Shown: positions 49,241 through 56,412 of the stretch, piece after piece
How positions within the stretch are numbered: the first letter of the stretch is position 1
Layout of the letters: every line of letters starts with the position of its first letter
Assembly: GCA_964405295.1 (NCBI GenBank)
Contig: CAYONI010000002.1
Location: forward strand, 59,133 to 123,132
Direction: 5' to 3'
Source: an uncultured Methanosarcinales archaeon
Lineage (GTDB): Archaea; Nanobdellota; Nanobdellia; Woesearchaeales; CAYZNE01
Length of the DNA stretch: 64,000 bases
Made by a program: the position numbers and the translations under genes
Notes under the pieces: model-generated
Database searches by the model: none
The model's input: the letters and a program-made list of their open reading frames with translations, nothing else
What the model was told of the DNA's origin: nothing

Positions 49241-49320
49241 TTAGGGAGGGATTCGAACCCTCGAACCCACTAAGGGAGCAGATTGGTAATCTGCCGAGTT
49301 TGACCACTTCTCTACCCTCA
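49241..49320 (-). pseudogene. tRNA-like fragment (no valid acceptor stem)
   Basis: Minus strand has a D-arm-like segment and stem-loop GCAGA-TTACCAA-TCTGC. Its T arm GAGGGTTCGAATCCCTC shares a 17-mer TCGAGGGTTCGAATCCC with tRNA-Arg and an 11-mer ATCCCTCCCTA with tRNA-Tyr. The 5' and 3' ends cannot pair. Confidence 0.3.
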
Positions 49321-49348
49321 TATAAAATGTATGAGAATTAACTTGAGG

Positions 49349-49819
49349 TTATATTTTTTCTTCAAATAGTTCAATTAATAAATCATATACAGATTTGAAT
49401 TTTTTAAATCTTTTAGGTTCTTTAATTGATTTTTTTATAAACTCAATGTCCATTTCTTTTATTTTATTAATCATATCTCTACTTAAATTTGGTTTTTTAT
49501 CTTTGTATATTGGCCTGACTTTATGACATCCTAAGAAATCTTCAATTTCTTCTTCATTAAAATAAATAAATTTTTTAAGACCTTCCATTTCTGAGGTTAT
49601 AGTTTTCTCTTTTTTAAAAACATCTGAATCGAAAATAAATATAGTTTCGCTATCGATTCCCTTTAATTGTTGAAATTTTTCATCCATCTTTTGAGATTTA
49701 GTTATGGCATTATTTAAATCTCCTATTGCTTTAGGATGAAATTTTAATGTGTAATTACTGGATACAAATTTATTACCTTTTAAAGCCTTTAAAATAATTT
49801 TTTTCAGAAGGACCTTCAT
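49349..49819 (-). CDS. small partner protein of the AAA_21 ATPase (hypothetical)
   Basis: 156 aa, 20 bp downstream of the ATPase on the same strand; contains ETIFIFDSD acidic motif. Confidence 0.35.
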   Translation of the reverse strand: MKVLLKKIILKALKGNKFVSSNYTLKFHPKAIGDLNNAITKSQKMDEKFQQLKGIDSETIFIFDSDVFKKEKTITSEMEGLKKFIYFNEEEIEDFLGCHKVRPIYKDKKPNLSRDMINKIKEMDIEFIKKSIKEPKRFKKFKSVYDLLIELFEEKI

Positions 49820-49839
49820 AGAAAATGTAAATTACTTTT

Positions 49840-51045
49840 TTAATCTTCTTTATAGACATTTGGGAATCCTCCTAATACACCCTCTCTATAATAATCACCA
49901 TAGTTTTTGTTAATTTTGGGGTTATTCTTGACTATATTATGAAGATTAATTATTTTACTAACAGAATCTTCTTTTTCAATTATATTTATTTGATCACTTC
50001 TTAAATAATTAAGGATTTCTGGTTGATGAGTTGTAAATAATAATTGAGATTTATTGTCTTTTTTTGTAAAGTAATTTATAATAAATTCAACTATTTCAAT
50101 ATTAAAAGATGTTTCAATTTCATCATAAAGTATAATGGAATCCTTATTCAATTTGAATAGTGTGAAAAATAGTAATATGAACTTTTTAGTTCCACTTGAT
50201 TCTCCATTGAAATTTATTTTTAAATCTGCTTTATTGTGTTTATGTATTAAAATTAAATCTGTTACTGGCACTTTTTTTGTGGGTTGTTTTATAATTTCTT
50301 CATTATTTATTTTATATTCAATTTCTTCTCTAACTGATTTAACTAATTCTAAATCTTTTATCGAAAAATCAGCATATGTTAGAACATCTAATAATTCTTC
50401 CTTTAATCCTGAATCTTTTAACAAAGAGAAATCGGGGGGTTGATTAAATAAATTATTCGCTACAAATAGTTTAGTAAAAAAATCATATATTGGTTTTAAT
50501 GTGGCTGAGTTTAATTGCACCGCTCTTGATAACATTAAAGTTTGAGGAATGACACTTTTAGATAATATTTTTAATTCTTTTTCATATTTTCGATTGCTGA
50601 ATTCGAATTTTTTATTAGTTTTATTTTCGTTTCTTAAAAAAATTTCAGTCGGTTTTTGTGTTTGATAAACTACTGCATACTCTTTTATAATTTTTTTATT
50701 AGTATACGAGAATCCATAAATGTATTTTTTATTGTTTGAAAAAAATGTAATCTCAAATTCTGTTGGTTTATCTGGCGTGCTAATAAATGGTGAATATTTT
50801 ATATTTGTATCTATATTATGTTTTTGGGAATTTAAAACCATTTCTTTCATAAAATTTAATGCTGAAAGTAGAGATGTCTTTCCAGATCCATTAACTCCTA
50901 CGAGTCCAGATATTTTTAAAGTATCTATATTATTTTGCTGATTAATAAATTGTTCTCCTCTACTTTCTTTTGATTTTTTTTCAAATTTCAAAATTTCTTC
51001 ATTTTTATATGAATTAAAGTTTTTTAGTTTAAATTCGATTATCAT
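49840..51045 (-). CDS. AAA_21/AAA_15-type ABC-like ATPase (defence-associated family)
   Basis: Walker A GLVGVNGSGKTS, signature-like NGESSGTKKF, Walker B ILYDEIETS, H-loop LLFTTHQPE. Confidence 0.7.
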   Translation of the reverse strand: MIIEFKLKNFNSYKNEEILKFEKKSKESRGEQFINQQNNIDTLKISGLVGVNGSGKTSLLSALNFMKEMVLNSQKHNIDTNIKYSPFISTPDKPTEFEITFFSNNKKYIYGFSYTNKKIIKEYAVVYQTQKPTEIFLRNENKTNKKFEFSNRKYEKELKILSKSVIPQTLMLSRAVQLNSATLKPIYDFFTKLFVANNLFNQPPDFSLLKDSGLKEELLDVLTYADFSIKDLELVKSVREEIEYKINNEEIIKQPTKKVPVTDLILIHKHNKADLKINFNGESSGTKKFILLFFTLFKLNKDSIILYDEIETSFNIEIVEFIINYFTKKDNKSQLLFTTHQPEILNYLRSDQINIIEKEDSVSKIINLHNIVKNNPKINKNYGDYYREGVLGGFPNVYKED

Positions 51046-51261
51046 ATGGTTAAGAAATCAATCAATATATATAAATGTTGTTGTTTTTTACACTAATTTT
51101 GCTTTATCTTTTAGATATTGGCAGTAAATGAGAAAATATTGCAATTTTGTTGTGTTTCATAATTGATTTCGAATAAATTTATTGTGAGCCTAAATGTGTG
51201 TAGCACGGACTCTCCCTCTTTTGGTTCTTTTTCTAAAAGAACATAAAGTGAAAATTCGATT

Positions 51262-51433
51262 GAGTATAACATCGCGATTAAGAGAAGTTTTTGCGAAGCA
51301 AAAATTTGGATGGAAGAAACTGCAAGTTTCTGGAATCTCTTAATCGCTGTTATGTCTGTCGAAACTTGTTTCGACCAAGGGTTAGTGCAACGGTCGGCGA
51401 AGCCGAAACCCGCAGAGTTTTTCTTGAGTCCCG
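51262..51433 (+). repeat. structured intergenic repeat unit B
   Basis: GAGTATAACATCGCGATTAAGAGAAG pairs with TCTCTTAATCGCTGTTATGT (2-nt bulge). Internal hairpin TTTTTGCGAAGCAAAAA, then GTGCAACGG..GCGAAGCCGAAACCC, ending in TTTTTCTTGAGTCCC. Confidence 0.7.
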
Positions 51434-51468
51434 TTAAATATTTAAACTATTAAACTATATAGAGTTAT

Positions 51469-52251
51469 ATGGCAGATATATTATTAACAAATGATGATGG
51501 TTTCTCTTCCCAAGGATTTCTTGTTTTATTAAATGAATTAAAGAAAGAACATAAAGTAATAGGAGTTGCTCCTAAAAATGAACGAAGTTGGATTGGAAAA
51601 TCAATTAGTGCTCATAATGAAGTAATTTTAGAAAAAGTAAAGAGTAATCTTTATTCATTAACAGGAACTCCAGCAGATTGTACTCAGGTAGGAATCTATG
51701 ATGTTTTGAAGAGGAAACCTGATTTGGTTGTTTCAGGAATAAATTTAGGTTTAAATGCTGGACATGGTAGAATTTTAAGTTCAGGAACAATTGGTGCTGC
51801 AATGGAAGCTTCAATTGATGGAGTTAAATCAGTTTCAACTTCTATACATATTCCAATTGAATTGAAAAAAAGTTTAGATTTACATGATAAAAAAAATAGA
51901 AAAATATTCATTAATGCTGCAAAAATAACTTGTAAAGTGATTAAGATTTTTATGAATGCTGATTATGGAACTAGTACTGATCTTTTATCATTAAATATTC
52001 CTTTTGATGCAACAATCGATAGTCCAATTGAAATAACTGTTCCAGATAGACAACCATTAGGGCAGTTATTTTTCAAGAAAGGGAAATTTCACAAACTGAA
52101 GATTCCACCATTATTATTTGAATCTTCTTCAAAGGGAACAGATTTAAGAGCATTATATGAAAATAAAATATCCCTAACTCCTATTAGTTTAGAACTTGTA
52201 TCTAGAAATTCTTTAAAAAACCTTAAAACCATCATTAAAAAGAAGTGGTAG
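51469..52251 (+). CDS. surE: 5'/3'-nucleotidase SurE
   Basis: ILLTNDDGFSSQG N-terminus and overall SurE fold signature. Confidence 0.85.
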   Translation: MADILLTNDDGFSSQGFLVLLNELKKEHKVIGVAPKNERSWIGKSISAHNEVILEKVKSNLYSLTGTPADCTQVGIYDVLKRKPDLVVSGINLGLNAGHGRILSSGTIGAAMEASIDGVKSVSTSIHIPIELKKSLDLHDKKNRKIFINAAKITCKVIKIFMNADYGTSTDLLSLNIPFDATIDSPIEITVPDRQPLGQLFFKKGKFHKLKIPPLLFESSSKGTDLRALYENKISLTPISLELVSRNSLKNLKTIIKKKW

Positions 52252-52260
52252 GGACTCAAG

Positions 52261-52507
52261 AAAAATTAGACATAACATCAGGATTTGGAGAAGTCGTGCG
52301 TAGCACGATTTGGGTGGAGAAGTCTGCAAGACTTTGTAACCTCATAATCCTTGTTAAATCCTTCCGATAGGAACGAGGGATAACTGCAAGTGGTTTTTTG
52401 CGAAGCAAAAAAATCCTGAAGAGTAATATTTTCATTTCTATATCAATATTGAACAAAGCGAGTCTAAATGTCCTTTGGGACTGGGGCTGTTTGTTTTTTA
52501 TCAAAAT
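52261..52507 (+). repeat. structured intergenic repeat unit C
   Basis: Starts GGGACTCAAGAAAAA (inverted copy of unit B's end). CATAACATCAGGATT ... AATCCTTGTTAAAT stem, CTGCAAG boxes, hairpin TTTTTTGCGAAGCAAAAAAA; ends GGGGCTGTTTGTTTT. Confidence 0.7.
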
Positions 52508-52538
52508 CTTTTTATATATTAGATAACTCTTCAAGTTT

Positions 52539-53123
52539 ATGGTTGAATTTACAACAGAAAATCTTGGAAGAATACTTATTAATCGACTTAGAGAAAATAA
52601 TAATTTTGACGAAATATTATCAATAGTGAAAAGCAATTCCAGAGGGAATATTTATCTCGTTGGGGGAACTGTTAGTCGAACTTTAGCTAGTGAGTTATAT
52701 GGTGGAGAACAGAAAAATCAAGATTTTGATTTTGTTGTTGATGTATTAAATAGTGATTTAAAGATTCCAAAAGGTTGGGTGGTTACACACCATAAATTTG
52801 ACAATCCAACATTCAAGAAAGATGATCTTGAAATAGATCTATTTCCGTTATCTGACCACCAATATATCAAAAATAATAAACTGAAACCAACTATTGAAAA
52901 CTTTTTGGCAGGAGTTCCATTTTCAATTCAATCACTCGTTTTTGATATAAAAAATGAAAGATTAATTGGAGATGATGGAATTCAAGCTTTAAAGAATCGT
53001 AAATTCAAAGTTCATAACATAGATTCTGCAAAAGATGTTGCAAAACGTAAAGGAATTTCAATAAATGAACGAATGTTGCAAAAAGCTAAAAGTATGAACT
53101 TTGATATAATTCCATTCGATTAA
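52539..53123 (+). CDS. nucleotidyltransferase-fold (Pol beta superfamily) protein
   Basis: IYLVGGTVSR ... DFDFVVD resembles the hG[GS] ... DxD NTase motif. Confidence 0.4.
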   Translation: MVEFTTENLGRILINRLRENNNFDEILSIVKSNSRGNIYLVGGTVSRTLASELYGGEQKNQDFDFVVDVLNSDLKIPKGWVVTHHKFDNPTFKKDDLEIDLFPLSDHQYIKNNKLKPTIENFLAGVPFSIQSLVFDIKNERLIGDDGIQALKNRKFKVHNIDSAKDVAKRKGISINERMLQKAKSMNFDIIPFD

Positions 53124-53352
53124 AACAAACAGCCCCTTTTTCTAGAAATGAAAATTTTATTGTATATAACATCAGGATTAAGAGAAGTTTTTGCGTAGCA
53201 AAAATTTGGATGGAGCCTGCAAGGAGGAATCTCTAAATCCTTGTTAGTTGGGAAGACTGCAAGTCGACCGACCGAAGGGACAGTTTTTTAATTACTTAAC
53301 TTATATCAATTTCGAACGTAGTGAGTCTATTGTTTAGAAAAAGAGGGGTTTT
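53122..53352 (+). repeat. structured intergenic repeat unit D
   Basis: Starts AAAACAAACAGCCCC (inverted copy of unit C's end). TATAACATCAGGATTAAGAGAAG, hairpin TTTTTGCGTAGCAAAAA, AATCCTTGTTAGTT; ends AAAAAGAGGGGTTTT. Confidence 0.7.
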
Positions 53353-54067
53353 AATTTTTGCCTATATTCCACAACATTTTGAAATATTTTCTGAAAGTAT
53401 CTGCAAATTCTTTTCCATTAATCATTATTGAGATTATTTCGTTCTCATCAAGTTTTCCTATTATTAATTTGTTTTCATAAATTATAAATCCTACTGATGA
53501 AGAGAAATTTTCAGGAAGAAATTTATAATCAATCTTTGTGAAAAAATTTATTCGTTTAGATATTTCTTTTGTTTTTGGTTGAAGTAATTTTATATTCAAT
53601 TTTGAAAATTTATCCTGAATATATTTTGAAAATTTAAAACTTTCAACAAGATGTAAGCCACCACCAATCCAGTAAACTGTTTTATTGGTTTCGATTGCAT
53701 CTTCGAGAATTGTTTTTATTCCTTGTTTTCCCATTATAATATCAACTTTTGTATTATTGAAATTTGTATTTTGAAGGTTTTTGAGTGTGGGCATAATATT
53801 TTCTAAAGTAAATAATTTTTCATCAATTAATTGCCTTAAAGTTTTTACATTATTCGCATTAAAAAATTTAGTTCCCTTAATTATATTATATGTAACTAAT
53901 CCTTTAGTTATTAGAAGTTCTAAGTTATCATAAATAGTTCTTCTATTTATTCCTGTATTTTTTGAAAGTTTTACTGTGCTTTGTTGTGGAACTTTAAGTA
54001 ATGAGATATATATTTTTGATTCTATTTCTCTGAGACCAAGTTTTTTTAATTCGTTTTCTAGTTCCAT
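53351..54067 (-). CDS. TrmB-family transcriptional regulator
   Basis: N-terminal wHTH LGLREIESKIYISLLKVPQQSTVKLSKNTGINRRTIYDNLELLITKGLV. Confidence 0.7.
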   Translation of the reverse strand: MELENELKKLGLREIESKIYISLLKVPQQSTVKLSKNTGINRRTIYDNLELLITKGLVTYNIIKGTKFFNANNVKTLRQLIDEKLFTLENIMPTLKNLQNTNFNNTKVDIIMGKQGIKTILEDAIETNKTVYWIGGGLHLVESFKFSKYIQDKFSKLNIKLLQPKTKEISKRINFFTKIDYKFLPENFSSSVGFIIYENKLIIGKLDENEIISIMINGKEFADTFRKYFKMLWNIGKN

Positions 54068-54155
54068 GTTTATTTAGAATAGCTTTAAATATATAAAGTT
54101 TACGGGGGAATCCCCACACATTGATTTAAATTTGGTTATTAATTGCTACTTTTTA

Positions 54156-54818
54156 ATGGAAAAACATATATTATTTATGCCTGATGGAAATCGAAGATAT
54201 GCGACAAGAGAAAATATTTCTCCGGAAAAAACTTATCAAAAAGGAGCTAAATCATTAGAATTATTTAGCAATTTCTTTCTACTGGAAAATGATTGGACTC
54301 AATTAACCATGCATTTTATGTCAAAATATACCCATGAAAGAGATGATGGAAGTTTAAATCCAATCTATGGTGCTATGATAAAAGAATTTACTTATTTGCA
54401 CGATAGTAGTTATTTTGATAAAAATAAGATTAAATTTCAATGGATTGATCATTCAAGTAAATTGCCTGCTGAGGTTGTGGAAATTTGTCAATCATTAGAA
54501 GAAAAGACAAAAACCGGAGTTAAATTATCTTTAAATTTATTAGGCTATGATTTAGAAACTGACGAAAGAAATGCTTTTGAACAATCAAAGAATTATGATG
54601 AGTTTAAAGCTATTAGACTAATTTCAGATATAGATTTAGTAATTAGAACTACTGAAATGAGACCTTCAAAAGGCCCAGTTTATGCAATGGCTCAATCTCA
54701 AATGTTACTTCTTCAAAAATTAAATCCTGAATTAGAACGTACTGATTTAGAGAAGATATTGCAAGAATATAATAGTTTAGTGGAATATAGGCAAACCACA
54801 AATCCAATTCATAAATAA
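54156..54818 (+). CDS. divergent cis-prenyltransferase (UppS-like) paralog
   Basis: FMPDGNRRYATRE matches the cis-IPTase DGNRR(Y/W)A motif and an IRTT segment is retained, but the C-terminal substrate motifs are degenerate. ATG at 54156 preferred. Confidence 0.5.
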   Translation: MEKHILFMPDGNRRYATRENISPEKTYQKGAKSLELFSNFFLLENDWTQLTMHFMSKYTHERDDGSLNPIYGAMIKEFTYLHDSSYFDKNKIKFQWIDHSSKLPAEVVEICQSLEEKTKTGVKLSLNLLGYDLETDERNAFEQSKNYDEFKAIRLISDIDLVIRTTEMRPSKGPVYAMAQSQMLLLQKLNPELERTDLEKILQEYNSLVEYRQTTNPIHK

Positions 54819-55080
54819 AACCTCTCTTTTTCTTTTGTTAAGTAATTAAGAAATTGCAACTAACATCGGGCTTAAGGGAAGTTCAATTTCCTCGGAAAAA
54901 TTCTCCTCGTGAAACAGAGCTGAGAATTTTTTCAGAGCTGAAATTGAATTTGGGTGTAGTGAGGTGCAACCGAACGAAACCCTTTAAGCCCTATTAGTTT
55001 CGTCCGAATACTTGGAGGACTTGATTTTTAGTGCAACGATGCCGAAGGCAAAAAATCAAAGTCGTGTAGGGGCAAAATTA
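54817..55080 (+). repeat. structured intergenic repeat unit E
   Basis: CTAACATCGGGCTTAAGGGAAG pairs with CCTTTAAGCCCTATTAG (compensatory GGGCTT/AAGCCC relative to AGGATT/AATCCT in other units). GTGCAACCGAACG and GTGCAACGATGCCGAAGG modules; ends GGGGCAAAATTA. Confidence 0.65.
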
Positions 55081-55116
55081 GGAAGGTTTATAAAATACCT
55101 TTAATTCCACTAAATT

Positions 55117-55425
55117 ATGAGAATAGATTATCAACATAACTTGACACAAGAAGAAGCATACGGAAAAATAAATAATCTTTTAACAGATTTACAGAAACAG
55201 TATGCTGATAAAATAAGTAACCCTCAAACAAGTTGGAATTCCGAACATACAAGAATGGATTATAGTATGGAAATTATGGGATTCAAAACTAAAGGACAGG
55301 TTACTTTAAATGATAGTCAAGTTAGTTTAGAAGGAAAACTTCCATTCATGGCTAAAATGTTTAGTGGAAAAATTGAAGCAATGGTTAAAACACAACTAGA
55401 TGATTTACTTGCTTGTGATTTCTGA
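55117..55425 (+). CDS. PHA_gran_rgn-like small protein (polyhydroxyalkanoic-acid-system family)
   Basis: C-terminal VSLEGKLPFMAKMFSGKIEAMVKTQLDDLL resembles the family's conserved tail. Confidence 0.4.
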   Translation: MRIDYQHNLTQEEAYGKINNLLTDLQKQYADKISNPQTSWNSEHTRMDYSMEIMGFKTKGQVTLNDSQVSLEGKLPFMAKMFSGKIEAMVKTQLDDLLACDF

Positions 55426-55433
55426 ATATAATT

Positions 55434-55490
55434 TAATTTTGCCCCGTAACGATTGAGTATAACATATATTAGGCCTAGTTTGTTAGTGCC
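55434..55490 (+). repeat. mini repeat unit F
   Basis: TAATTTTGCCCC (inverted copy of unit E's end), then GAGTATAACAT ... TAGGCCTA ... TTGTTAG hairpin. Confidence 0.5.
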
Positions 55491-55512
55491 TAATTATAGT
55501 TAATATATGCTA

Positions 55513-55531
55513 ATTCGGAAGAATTCCGAAT
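55513..55531. promoter_or_regulatory. hairpin ATTCGGAA-GAA-TTCCGAAT 45 bp upstream of the recombinase gene
   Basis: 8-bp perfect inverted arms with a 3-nt spacer. Confidence 0.35.
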
Positions 55532-55575
55532 GGCTAGGGCTTAATATTATTAAGATTAAGTAGATAACTTCTTAT

Positions 55576-56412
55576 ATGGATTATATGTTAGATGAAGCTA
55601 AAAAACAGGATTATCTGCAGAGAATTGCTGATGAGTGTAAATTAAGGGGTTTTAGCAGGCAAACTTTGAAAGCTTATTCTTATTGGATTGCAAAATATTT
55701 GGATTTTATTATTAAAAATAGGTTTAATTTGGGAAATTCTAGTGTTAGGTATTATTTCCTAAGTTTAGATTTGAGTGTGAATTCTTCAAGATTATGCTAT
55801 GCAGCTCTAAGATTTTTCTTCGCTAATATTCTGAACAGACCTTTTACAACCGATGAAATTCCTATTAAGAAGAAAGAAAAAACTTTGCCTAAAGTATTAT
55901 CTAAGCAACAAATTAAATTAATATTAAATGAAACCAAAAATCTTAAACATAAACTAGTTATTGAGGTGCTTTATTCAACTGGGTTGAGATTGCAAGAATT
56001 AATTAATCTTAAAAGAGCTGATATTGATTTTGATAATAATACTTTGTTTGTTAGAAAAGGCAAAGGTAAGAAGGATAGACTCACAATTATTTCTGAAAAT
56101 ATTAAATTAGATTTATTAAAATATTATAGTCAATACGAATTTAAAACAAATTATGTGTTTGAAGGTAGAAAGGGTAAATATTCTAAAAAGTCTGTTCAAT
56201 TAATTCTACACAATACAAGTAAAAAACTTAAATTTAGAATTCATCCTCATATGTTAAGACACTCTTTTGCAACTCATTTATTAGAGCAGGGAACTGACAT
56301 AAGAATTATACAGAAGCTTCTTGGCCATTCTGATCTTAACACAACAGAAATTTACACAAGAGTTGCAAATAAGAATTTAAAGAAAATCAAGAATCCTCTA
56401 GATAGTATTTAA
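55576..56412 (+). CDS. tyrosine recombinase (XerA/XerC/D family)
   Basis: C-terminal catalytic region HPHMLRHSFATHLLEQGTDIRIIQKLLGHSDLNTTEIYTRV (R..H..R..Y); N-terminal core-binding domain. Confidence 0.85.
   Translation: MDYMLDEAKKQDYLQRIADECKLRGFSRQTLKAYSYWIAKYLDFIIKNRFNLGNSSVRYYFLSLDLSVNSSRLCYAALRFFFANILNRPFTTDEIPIKKKEKTLPKVLSKQQIKLILNETKNLKHKLVIEVLYSTGLRLQELINLKRADIDFDNNTLFVRKGKGKKDRLTIISENIKLDLLKYYSQYEFKTNYVFEGRKGKYSKKSVQLILHNTSKKLKFRIHPHMLRHSFATHLLEQGTDIRIIQKLLGHSDLNTTEIYTRVANKNLKKIKNPLDSI

Noticed and set aside
49241-49320. Calling the tRNA-like element a functional tRNA (anticodon loop TTACCAA)
   Set aside because: No 7-bp acceptor stem can be formed from the flanks, and the anticodon would be the unusual ACC. 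It is kept only as a tRNA-like fragment.
52256-52636. 126-aa minus-strand ORF overlapping repeat unit C and the start of the NTase gene
   Set aside because: It overlaps the conserved structured repeat and the upstream region of a co-oriented gene; no motif; likely spurious.
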